This document shows, in pieces, positions 54,146 to 64,000 of a stretch of DNA of 64,000 bases. How positions within the stretch are numbered: the first letter of the stretch is position 1; every line of letters begins with the position of its first letter. The notes under the pieces are model-generated. The model did no database searches, had not been told where the DNA came from, and was given only the letters and a program-made list of their open reading frames with translations. A program made the translations under genes and the position numbers. The stretch is from Opitutales bacterium (GTDB lineage: Bacteria; Verrucomicrobiota; Verrucomicrobiia; Opitutales; UBA2987): contig CBDDEL010000013.1 of the NCBI GenBank assembly GCA_965226885.1, positions 352,001 through 416,000 on the forward strand. The letters run 5' to 3'.

Positions 54146-55102
54146 CCCGGATATTTCGTAAAAAAAGTATCGTTGATATGCTTAACTGCTGATATACAGC
54201 AGGATAGATCAATAATTAAAGCAATATCAGCGATGACAAAAGGTAAACAATTAAAGCTACAGTTGACAAGGGTAAAAGGCCGCCGTGTGCGGGTTGATTT
54301 CAAGGGCGGAGAGGTTACTTCGGATGCCGGACTGCTTTTGATCCGGGAAGTGGATCGGCAGTTGGGCTTGACCGAACGAGCGGCCCGACAGTTAGTGGAC
54401 AAACGGCAGAAGGGCAAAGTACGCCATGAGGTATTGGGGATGCTGCGGCAGCGCGTTTACGGGCTGGTGGCGGGCTATGAGGATTTGAACGACTTTGATA
54501 CCCTGCGCCACGATCCATTGTTAGCAAACGGTAACGGGGCGCATTGAAACGTTGGCCAGCGCGCCGACTTTGTGTCGTTTTGAAAACGGGCAGGATCGGC
54601 GGGCGGCCTTTGCGGTAAACGAGCTGTTGGTCGAACAGTTCATGGGCTCCTTTGCCGAGGAACCCGAAGAGATCATCCTGGACTTTGACGCCACCGACAA
54701 TCCGGTGCACGGGCTCCAGGAGGGACGTTTTTTCCACGGTTATTATGATCATTACTGTTTTCTGCCGCTATATGTTTTTTGCGGTGATCAGCTGCTGGTG
54801 GCCTACCTGCGGCCGAGCAAGATCGATGCCAGCAAGCATGCCGGGGCCATCCTCAAATTGCTGGTTAAACGGATTCGCCAAAGCTGGCCCCGTACGCGGA
54901 TTATTTGGCGCGCCGACAGTGGATTTTGTCGAGACCGGATACTCTCTTGGTGCGACCGCAACGAAGTTAGCCCGGATATTTCATGAAGGGTAAAGTTTGG
55001 CTCGTTATTGCTATTGGAGATGGATTTCTTTGTATTTTGAGCAGATCGTCTTGATTTTTAGGTGTTTTTCAGGGTGTAGAGACACTGCCCCCTTTCCCCC
55101 AT

Positions 55103-56429
55103 TGATGTGCACTGGAAAAAGTGGACACGAGATTCTCCTAAATGGAGAATCGAAGCATGGGAAGAAGACGCTTTAGTATAGAGTTCAAAAATGAGGCAGT
55201 TCAACTGATGATACTCGATGGTCTGAGCGCCACCGAGGTATCGACCAAACTTGGGGTCAACACCAACCAATTGTATAGGTGGAAGAGGCTCTATCTGGAC
55301 GATCAGCAGGGCGAAGCCACCTCAAAGCGACAGAGCAGTCCGAAGGAGATGGCGGCCGAGATAGATCGTCTTCGCAAAGAGCTGCGCCGCTCGGAGCGGA
55401 TCAACCAGATACTAAAAAAAACGGTGGGCTACTTTGCCAAGGACGAACAATGAAGTACCAGTTTGTCAAAGACAACGAGGGGCGCTTCAAGATCGAGGAA
55501 ATATGCTCGGCGATGGGGATTTGTCGCAGTGGCTATTACTGCTGGAGGCACCGAGCGCCCTCGGCCCGGCGGATCGAGGACGAGGGAATCAAGGGGGCGA
55601 TCCTGAAGGTACACAAAGAGGCCAAGGGCCGCTATGGGCATCGGCCAATGCACCGCCATCTGAAGGATGATGAGGGCATCGATTGCGGCCGTGACCGGGC
55701 TCTGCGTCTGATGCGTGAAATGGGAATCAAAAGCACCCAGAGTAAACGCTTTAAGCCATTAAAAACCAACAGTAACCATCCCTATGGTTACAGCCCCAAT
55801 GTGCTTAAAAAGCATGGCCAGCCGACCCATATCGACGAGGTCTGGGTGGCGGACACGACCTACCTACGGACCCTGGCCGGTTGGATGTACTTGGCCACGG
55901 TGATGGACCTGTTCAGCCGACGCCTGCTGGGCTGGAGCGTTTCCAACCACAACGACGCGAAGCTGGTTGGCAAGGCCCTCAAAGCCGCGGCCATGACCCG
56001 CGGCACACTGCGCACCGGGATTATTCATCACAGCGATCGGGGCAGCCCCTACGCCAGCGACGACTATCAGAGGCTGGTCTCTGACTAGGCATGAAGCCGA
56101 GCATGAGCGCCCAAGGCAACTGCTACGACAACGCGGCCATGGAATCGTTCTACGGCCGCTTCAAGACCAGCACGATTCGAGGCCGCCACTTTGCCGACGA
56201 GCGCGAACTGCGATCAACTGTCTTCGAATACGTGGAAATCTTCTACAACCGATATCGCAAACATTCCTCTCTGAGTTACCAAAGCCCAGTCCAATTCGAG
56301 GAAAATATTTGCCCCCCATGGGGGGCAACGAGAAAACAAAACCCTTTACCAAAACAAGCCGCCTGACACACTAATCAATAAACAATGAATATAAGAGAAT
56401 CCCGTGTCCAACAAATCCAGTACACGTCA
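55103..56429 (+). mobile_element. IS3-family element (type 2)
   Basis: IRs TGATGTGCACTGG / CCAGTACACGTCA; TSD CAT. Confidence 0.93.
55142..56366 (+). pseudogene. IS3 transposase OrfA/OrfB with an extra frameshift in OrfB
   Basis: OrfA RRFSIEFKNEAV; OrfB in -1 frame across an A8 run with WVADTTY and HHSDRGS; GNCYDNA part lies in another frame after TAG at 56086-56088. Confidence 0.88.
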
Positions 56430-56469
56430 CATTGGTTCGGTAGTGCCGGGGGCAGCACCAATGCACCCT

Positions 56470-57780
56470 TTAGGTTGGCACCAATCGGCGGGCCGCATGG
56501 TTGAAAAGACTGGCCCAAGGATAACTCTCACTTAGGTGAAAGTGAATCGTTCGGGTGTTGCGCACGATGACCGCTCCGATCTTGATTAATTTGAGCCGCA
56601 GGGTGTGGCATTGGGCCCGCGCCCACTTCGTCCCTTTTAAGGCTAACCGGCGCATGGCTTCCATCAAGGTGTAGGCCAGCGCCGACAAGAGCAATCGCCA
56701 CTGATTGGCCCACCATTGATGGGCGCTGGTGCGCTCGCTGAACAATTGCATCTGTTCCTTGATTCGGTTCTCCATTTCACCGCGGCCACAGTATACCTTG
56801 TCGTAAAGCTCCTGGGGATCGCCCGGCAGGTTCGTCACCACGAAGCGCGGGTTGGACCCCTGTGCGGTGTGTTCGGCTTTATGGATGACCAACCGCAGCC
56901 ATCGCCACGAATCGGCAGCATAGACGAAGTCCTGGAATAACCGTTGTTTTTTACCCCTTAGTTCGAACCATTCTTTGGCCTGCTTTTGCAACTGCTGGGC
57001 GTCTTGCTGCAAGCGTGCATTGCGAGCCATCCCCACGATGTAACTAACTTCGTTGCGGTCGCACCAAGAGAGTATCCGGTCTCGACAAAATCCACTGTCG
57101 GCGCGCCAAATAATCCGCGTACGGGGCCAGCTTTGGCGAATCCGTTTAACCAGCAATTTGAGGATGGCCCCGGCATGCTTGCTGGCATCGATCTTGCTCG
57201 GCCGCAGGTAGGCCACCAGCAGCTGATCACCGCAAAAAACATATAGCGGCAGAAAACAGTAATGATCATAATAACCGTGGAAAAAACGTCCCTCCTGGAG
57301 CCCGTGCACCGGATTGTCGGTGCCGTCAAAGTCCAGGATGATCTCTTCGGGTTCCTCGGCAAAGGAGCCCATGAACTGTTCGACCAACAGCTCGTTTACC
57401 GCAAAGGCCGCCCGCCGATCCTGCCCGTTTTCAAAACGACACAAAGTCGGCGCGCTGGCCAACGTTTCAATGCGCCCCGTTACCGTTTGCAACAATGGAT
57501 CGTGGCGCAGGGTATCAAAGTCGTTCAAATCCTCATAGCCCGCCACCAGCCCGTAAACGCGCTGCCGCAGCATCCCCAATACCTCATGGCGTACTTTGCC
57601 CTTCTGCCGTTTGTCCACTAACTGTCGGGCCGCTCGTTCGGTCAAGCCCAACTGCCGATCCACTTCCCGGATCAAAAGCAGTCCGGCATCCGAAGTAACC
57701 TCTCCGCCCTTGAAATCAACCCGCACACGGCGGCCTTTTACCCTTGTCAACTGTAGCTTTAATTGTTTACCTTTTGTCAT
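56470..57780 (-). CDS. IS1380-family transposase
   Basis: Near-identical to 3110-4420. Confidence 0.92.
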   Translation of the reverse strand: MTKGKQLKLQLTRVKGRRVRVDFKGGEVTSDAGLLLIREVDRQLGLTERAARQLVDKRQKGKVRHEVLGMLRQRVYGLVAGYEDLNDFDTLRHDPLLQTVTGRIETLASAPTLCRFENGQDRRAAFAVNELLVEQFMGSFAEEPEEIILDFDGTDNPVHGLQEGRFFHGYYDHYCFLPLYVFCGDQLLVAYLRPSKIDASKHAGAILKLLVKRIRQSWPRTRIIWRADSGFCRDRILSWCDRNEVSYIVGMARNARLQQDAQQLQKQAKEWFELRGKKQRLFQDFVYAADSWRWLRLVIHKAEHTAQGSNPRFVVTNLPGDPQELYDKVYCGRGEMENRIKEQMQLFSERTSAHQWWANQWRLLLSALAYTLMEAMRRLALKGTKWARAQCHTLRLKLIKIGAVIVRNTRTIHFHLSESYPWASLFNHAARRLVPT

Positions 57781-57867
57781 CGCTGATATTGCTTTAATTA
57801 TTGATCTATCCTGCTGTATATCAGCAGTTAAGCATATCAACGATACTTTTTTTACGAAATATCCGGG

Positions 57868-59214
57868 TTAGGTTGGCACCAACCGGCGGGCCGCATGGTT
57901 GAAAAGACTGGCCCATGGATAACTTTCACTTAGATGAAAGTGAATCGTTCGGGTGTTGCGCACGATTACCGCTCCGATCTTGATTAATTTTAGCCGTAGA
58001 CTGTGGCATTGGAGCCGCGCCCACTTCGTCCCTTTTAATGCGAACCGGCGCAAGGCTTCCATCAAGGTGTAGGCCAGCCCCGACAAGAGCAATCGCCACT
58101 GGTTGGCCCACCATTTATGCGCGCTGGTGCGTTCGCTGAACAATTGCATCTGTTCCTTGATCCGGTTCTCCATCTCACCGCGGCCACAGTATACTTTGTC
58201 GTAAAGCTCTTGGGGATCGCCCTGCAGGTTCGTCACCACGAAGCGCGGGTTGGACCCCTGTGCGGTGTGTTCGGCTTTGTGGATGATAAGGCGTTGGCGC
58301 CGCCACGATTTTGCCCCATACTCGAAGTGCTGAAACAGCCGTTGCTTTTTGCCGCTACCCTCGAACCATTGTTTGGCTTGCTCCTGCAACTGCCGGGCCG
58401 CTTGCTGCAAGCGTGCATGGCGGGCCGTTCCCACTATAAAATAAACCTCGTTGCGCTCGCACCACGAGAGAATCCGATCCCGGCAGAATCCGCTGTCGGC
58501 ACGCCAAATAATCCGCGTATGGGGCCAGCTTTGGCGAATCCGTTTAACCAGCAATTTGAGGATGGCCCCGGCATGCTTGCTCGCATCGATCTTGCTGGGC
58601 CGCAGGTAGGCCACCAGAAGCTGATCGCCGCAAAAAACATACAGCGGCAAAAAACAGTAATGATCATAATAACCGTGGAAAAAACGTCCCTCCTGGAGCC
58701 CGTGCACCGGATTGTCGGTGGCGTCAAAGTCCAGGATGATCTCTTCGGGTTCCTCGGCAAAGGATCCGATGAACTGTTCGACCAGCAACTCGTTCAGGGC
58801 AAAGGCTGCCCGCCGATCCTGCCCGTTTTCAAAACGACACAAAGTCGGCGCGCTGGCCAACGCTTCAGTGCGCCCCGTTACCGTTTGCAACAAAGGATCG
58901 CGGCGCAGGGTGTCAAAGTCGTTCAAATCCTCATGGCGCACTTTGCCCTTCTGCCGTTTGTCTACTAATTGCCGGGCCGCTTGCTCGGTCAAGCCCAACC
59001 GCCGATCCACTTCCCGGATCAAAAGCAGCCCGGCATCCGAAGTAACCTCACCGCCCTTAAAATCAACCCGCACACGGCGGCCTTTTACCCTTGTCAACTG
59101 TAGTTCTAATTGTTTACTTTTTGTCATCGCTGATATTGCTTTAATGTTTAATCTATCCTGCTGTATATCAGCAGATAAGCATATCAGCGATACTTTTTTT
59201 ATGAAATTTCCGGG
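57868..59214 (-). mobile_element. Divergent IS1380 isoform, right end missing
   Basis: ORF 59127-57868 (419 aa) with many substitutions and a 51-bp in-frame deletion between ATGAGG repeats; left IR CCCGGAAATTTC. Confidence 0.9.
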
Positions 59215-59965
59215 CTAGCCCGGATATTTCATGAAGGGTAAAGTTTGGCTCGTTATTGCTATTGGAGATGGATTTCTTTGTATTTTGAGCAGATCGTCTT
59301 GATTTTTAGGTGTTTTTCAGGGTGTAGAGACACTGCCCCCTTTCCCCCATTGGTTCGGTAGTGCCGGGGGCAGCACCAATGCACCCTTTAGGTTGGCACC
59401 AATCGGCGGGCCGCATGGTTGAAAAGACTGGCCCAAGGATAACTCTCACTTAGGTGAAAGTGAATCGTTCGGGTGTTGCGCACGATGACCGCTCCGATCT
59501 TGATTAATTTGAGCCGCAGGGTGTGGCATTGGGCCCGCGCCCACTTCGTCCCTTTTAAGGCTAACCGGCGCATGGCTTCCATCAAGGTGTAGGCCAGCGC
59601 CGACAAGAGCAATCGCCACTGATTGGCCCACCATTGATGGGCGCTGGTGCGCTCGCTGAACAATTGCATCTGTTCCTTGATTCGGTTCTCCATTTCACCG
59701 CGGCCACAGTATACCTTGTCGTAAAGCTCCTGGGGATCGCCCGGCAGGTTCGTCACCACGAAGCGCGGGTTGGACCCCTGTGCGGTGTGTTCGGCTTTAT
59801 GGATGACCAACCGCAGCCATCGCCACGAATCGGCAGCATAGACGAAGTCCTGGAATAACCGTTGTTTTTTACCCCTTAGTTCGAACCATTCTTTGGCCTG
59901 CTTTTGCAACTGCTGGGCGTCTTGCTGCAAGCGTGCATTGCGAGCCATCCCCACGATGTAACTAA

Positions 59966-61532
59966 CCCGGATATTTCATGAAGGGTAAAGTTTGGCTCGT
60001 TATTGCTATTGGAGATGGATTTCTTTGTATTTTGAGCAGATCGTCTTGATTTTTAGGTGTTTTTCAGGGTGTAGAGACACTGCCCCCTTTCCCCCATTGG
60101 TTCGGTAGTGCCGGGGGCAGCACCAATGCACCCTTTAGGTTGGCACCAATCGGCGGGCCGCATGGTTGAAAAGACTGGCCCAAGGATAACTCTCACTTAG
60201 GTGAAAGTGAATCGTTCGGGTGTTGCGCACGATGACCGCTCCGATCTTGATTAATTTGAGCCGCAGGGTGTGGCATTGGGCCCGCGCCCACTTCGTCCCT
60301 TTTAAGGCTAACCGGCGCATGGCTTCCATCAAGGTGTAGGCCAGCGCCGACAAGAGCAATCGCCACTGATTGGCCCACCATTGATGGGCGCTGGTGCGCT
60401 CGCTGAACAATTGCATCTGTTCCTTGATTCGGTTCTCCATTTCACCGCGGCCACAGTATACCTTGTCGTAAAGCTCCTGGGGATCGCCCGGCAGGTTCGT
60501 CACCACGAAGCGCGGGTTGGACCCCTGTGCGGTGTGTTCGGCTTTATGGATGACCAACCGCAGCCATCGCCACGAATCGGCAGCATAGACGAAGTCCTGG
60601 AATAACCGTTGTTTTTTACCCCTTAGTTCGAACCATTCTTTGGCCTGCTTTTGCAACTGCTGGGCGTCTTGCTGCAAGCGTGCATTGCGAGCCATCCCCA
60701 CGATGTAACTAACTTCGTTGCGGTCGCACCAAGAGAGTATCCGGTCTCGACAAAATCCACTGTCGGCGCGCCAAATAATCCGCGTACGGGGCCAGCTTTG
60801 GCGAATCCGTTTAACCAGCAATTTGAGGATGGCCCCGGCATGCTTGCTGGCATCGATCTTGCTCGGCCGCAGGTAGGCCACCAGCAGCTGATCACCGCAA
60901 AAAACATATAGCGGCAGAAAACAGTAATGATCATAATAACCGTGGAAAAAACGTCCCTCCTGGAGCCCGTGCACCGGATTGTCGGTGGCGTCAAAGTCCA
61001 GGATGATCTCTTCGGGTTCCTCGGCAAAGGAGCCCATGAACTGTTCGACCAACAGCTCGTTTACCGCAAAGGCCGCCCGCCGATCCTGCCCGTTTTCAAA
61101 ACGACACAAAGTCGGCGCGCTGGCCAACGTTTCAATGCGCCCCGTTACCGTTTGCAACAATGGATCGTGGCGCAGGGTATCAAAGTCGTTCAAATCCTCA
61201 TAGCCCGCCACCAGCCCGTAAACGCGCTGCCGCAGCATCCCCAATACCTCATGGCGTACTTTGCCCTTCTGCCGTTTGTCCACTAACTGTCGGGCCGCTC
61301 GTTCGGTCAAGCCCAACTGCCGATCCACTTCCCGGATCAAAAGCAGTCCGGCATCCGAAGTAACCTCTCCGCCCTTGAAATCAACCCGCACACGGCGGCC
61401 TTTTACCCTTGTCAACTGTAGCTTTAATTGTTTACCTTTTGTCATCGCTGATATTGCTTTAATTATTGATCTATCCTGCTGTATATCAGCAGTTAAGCAT
61501 ATCAACGATACTTTTTTTACGAAATATCCGGG
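59966..61532 (-). mobile_element. IS1380-family element, complete, innermost
   Basis: IRs; TSD CTAA. Confidence 0.95.
60135..61445 (-). CDS. IS1380-family transposase
   Basis: Same protein as 3110-4420. Confidence 0.93.
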   Translation of the reverse strand: MTKGKQLKLQLTRVKGRRVRVDFKGGEVTSDAGLLLIREVDRQLGLTERAARQLVDKRQKGKVRHEVLGMLRQRVYGLVAGYEDLNDFDTLRHDPLLQTVTGRIETLASAPTLCRFENGQDRRAAFAVNELLVEQFMGSFAEEPEEIILDFDATDNPVHGLQEGRFFHGYYDHYCFLPLYVFCGDQLLVAYLRPSKIDASKHAGAILKLLVKRIRQSWPRTRIIWRADSGFCRDRILSWCDRNEVSYIVGMARNARLQQDAQQLQKQAKEWFELRGKKQRLFQDFVYAADSWRWLRLVIHKAEHTAQGSNPRFVVTNLPGDPQELYDKVYCGRGEMENRIKEQMQLFSERTSAHQWWANQWRLLLSALAYTLMEAMRRLALKGTKWARAQCHTLRLKLIKIGAVIVRNTRTIHFHLSESYPWASLFNHAARRLVPT

Positions 61533-63103
61533 CTAACTTCGTTGCGGTCGCACCAAGAGAGTATCCGGTCTCGACAAAATCCACTGTCGGCGCGCCAAAT
61601 AATCCGCGTACGGGGCCAGCTTTGGCGAATCCGTTTAACCAGCAATTTGAGGATGACCCCGGCATGCTTGCTGGCATCGATCTTGCTCGGCCGCAGGTAG
61701 GCCACCAGCAGCTGATCACCGCAAAAAACATATAGCGGCAGAAAACAGTAATGATCATAATAACCGTGGAAAAAACGTCCCTCCTGGAGCCCGTGCACCG
61801 GATTGTCGGTGGCGTCAAAGTCCAGGATGATCTCTTCGGGTTCCTCGGCAAAGGAGCCCATGAACTGTTCGACCAACAGCTCGTTTACCGCAAAGGCCGC
61901 CCGCCGATCCTGCCCGTTTTCAAAACGACACAAAGTCGGCGCGCTGGCCAACGTTTCAATGCGCCCCGTTACCGTTTGCAACAATGGATCGTGGCGCAGG
62001 GTATCAAAGTCGTTCAAATCCTCATAGCCCGCCACCAGCCCGTAAACGCGCTGCCGCAGCATCCCCAATACCTCATGGCGTACTTTGCCCTTCTGCCGTT
62101 TGTCCACTAACTGTCGGGCCGCTCGTTCGGTCAAGCCCAACTGCCGATCCACTTCCCGGATCAAAAGCAGTCCGGCATCCGAAGTAACCTCTCCGCCCTT
62201 GAAATCAACCCGCACACGGCGGCCTTTTACCCTTGTCAACTGTAGCTTTAATTGTTTACCTTTTGTCATCGCTGATATTGCTTTAATTATTGATCTATCC
62301 TGCTGTATATCAGCAGTTAAGCATATCAACGATACTTTTTTTACGAAATATCCGGGTTAGTTACATCGTGGGGATGGCTCGCAATGCACGCTTGCAGCAA
62401 GACGCCCAGCAGTTGCAAAAGCAGGCCAAAGAATGGTTCGAACTAAGGGGTAAAAAACAACGGTTATTCCAGGACTTCGTCTATGCTGCCGATTCGTGGC
62501 GATGGCTGCGGTTGGTCATCCATAAAGCCGAACACACCGCACAGGGGTCCAACCCGCGCTTCGTGGTGACGAACCTGCCGGGCGATCCCCAGGAGCTTTA
62601 CGACAAGGTATACTGTGGCCGCGGTGAAATGGAGAACCGAATCAAGGAACAGATGCAATTGTTCAGCGAGCGCACCAGCGCCCATCAATGGTGGGCCAAT
62701 CAGTGGCGATTGCTCTTGTCGGCGCTGGCCTACACCTTGATGGAAGCCATGCGCCGGTTAGCCTTAAAAGGGACGAAGTGGGCGCGGGCCCAATGCCACA
62801 CCCTGCGGCTCAAATTAATCAAGATCGGAGCGGTCATCGTGCGCAACACCCGAACGATTCACTTTCACCTAAGTGAGAGTTATCCTTGGGCCAGTCTTTT
62901 CAACCATGCGGCCCGCCGATTGGTGCCAACCTAAAGGGTGCATTGGTGCTGCCCCCGGCACTACCGAACCAATGGGGGAAAGGGGGCAGTGTCTCTACAC
63001 CCTGAAAAACACCTAAAAATCAAGACGATCTGCTCAAAATACAAAGAAATCCATCTCCAATAGCAATAACGAGCCAAACTTTACCCTTCATGAAATATCC
63101 GGG

Positions 63104-63847
63104 TTAGAGCATATTGAACAATTCTCGGTCTATAATCGCACCTTCCGGATTGATCGTATCGACCTCTGGCATAAAAATACCCGCCAGCAGTTTAAAAACG
63201 ATGTTAAGAAGAAATACCCTGTGGCTGATTTTTCCGTCAGTGAGAATGAGAAAGAAAAGCAGACGGTAATCGAGCTGTCCACACGACGGGAGCCGCTCAC
63301 AGCAATCGGTATTGTCACTCCTGACCGCAACTTTAATCGCCGAGCCCATATCGAAGTTAAAAGAATTCAATACGGCAATGAAGACTGGGTTGATATTGGC
63401 CATACCACCCTTTCAAAAATTGATTTTCAAGGTTATCGAAAAGATACGGATTTTATCGAATTCCCGGAACATCGGGAGGAGGTTTACCGCCTCATATTAA
63501 ATAATCAGGATAATCCCCCGCTGCAAATTTCAGAACTGGAAGCAATGGGGAATGTTTATGAAATTCTTTATCTCAACAATTCTGAAAACAATTACCGCCT
63601 GTTTTACGGATCCAAAACGGCCGAAAGACCCCAATACGATTTTGCCAATGTTTTAAATTCATTGCGAGAATCTAATCAATCGGCATCGGCCCATCTCACG
63701 GCGGAAATAATAAACCCCGAATACAATGCAGGTTCAGACCGGAAAGGATTTCAATTTCTGGAGAACAAATGGTTTCTTGTTTTGATAACGGCAACACTGG
63801 TAGTCACATTGGGCTGGATACTGATCTCCACAGGACGCAAAATTTAA
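63104..63847 (+). pseudogene. C-terminal part of a DUF3999-like protein with C-terminal membrane anchor
   Basis: Frame open from the IS end (LEHIEQF...); DRNFNRRA, NQDNPPL, YRLFYG...PQYDF, terminal TM helix. Confidence 0.6.
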
Positions 63848-63850
63848 TCT

Positions 63851-64000
63851 ATGAACGCTGCGATTATAAAACGGTTTGATGAGCCTGACGAGGTTCGGGA
63901 GTTTGAGAAGGGCAAGTTTGAGGTCGTGCATATTGGAGATCTTGCCATTGGTCGGGCGACTTATGAGCCGGGTTGGAAATGGTCGGATCATGTGGGCAAG
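63851..64000 (+). CDS. Cupin-domain protein, partial (runs off window)
   Basis: MNAAIIKRFDEPDEVREFEKGKFEVV...GRATYEPGWKWSDHV; not in the ORF track. Confidence 0.75.
   Translation, partial: MNAAIIKRFDEPDEVREFEKGKFEVVHIGDLAIGRATYEPGWKWSDHVGK

Larger units (their letters stand above)
54971..57867 (-). mobile_element. IS1380 copy with IS3 inserted in its 3' non-coding end
   Basis: Both IRs; length 2897 = 1567 + 1327 + 3. Confidence 0.92.
59219..62356 (-). mobile_element. IS1380 copy split by an identical copy
   Basis: 59219-59965 + 61533-62356 = 1567 + 4 bp. Confidence 0.92.
54146..63103 (+). mobile_element. Outer IS1380 copy (54146-54970 + 62357-63103) enclosing a 7.4-kb IS nest
   Basis: Halves rejoin at duplicated TTAG (54967-54970 / 62357-62360); 1-bp insertion near 54523 frameshifts the transposase. 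Confidence 0.9.

Noticed and set aside
59197..59236. Palindrome as terminator or regulatory site
   Set aside because: Explained by two abutting IS1380 inverted repeats
62290..62934. 214-aa ORF (also 33698-34003, 59388-59954, 61517-62329)
   Set aside because: IS-end-derived leaders fused to split genes; not independent genes

Overview
Bacterial chromosomal window, probably Verrucomicrobiota/Opitutae-like (inferred only from the style of the TrpC, RsmA and pilin proteins), in the middle of a massive, recent insertion-sequence expansion. By hand I count about 27 IS copies or fragments covering roughly 54% of the 64 kb: 11 IS1380-family, 7 IS1-family, 4 ISNCY/IS5-like, 3 IS3-family of two types, 1 IS21 and 1 IS630. 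Many are nested inside each other with readable target-site duplications (TSDs). Removing the ISs rebuilds several destroyed loci: (i) a two-gene NRPS with an oxalate-CoA-ligase-like A-PCP starter followed by C-A-PCP-TE; (ii) a three-gene minor-pilin cluster upstream of an intact PilB/GspE ATPase; (iii) a DUF2339/DUF3999-like gene pair; (iv) a small AbiGi-like relic. Two IS-free blocks keep intact genes. The first (6.9-13.6 kb) has metallophosphatases divergent from a TolC-CusR-CusS-like operon with a CusR-type box. The second (33.8-45.7 kb) has PilB, an HDAC-family deacetylase, 5-oxoprolinase, an M48 peptidase, mazG, trpC and rsmA. One tRNA (anticodon CAT) is present. Short tandem duplications of 3-24 bp recur as an inactivating mutation. 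All family assignments come from motif recognition, not database searches.
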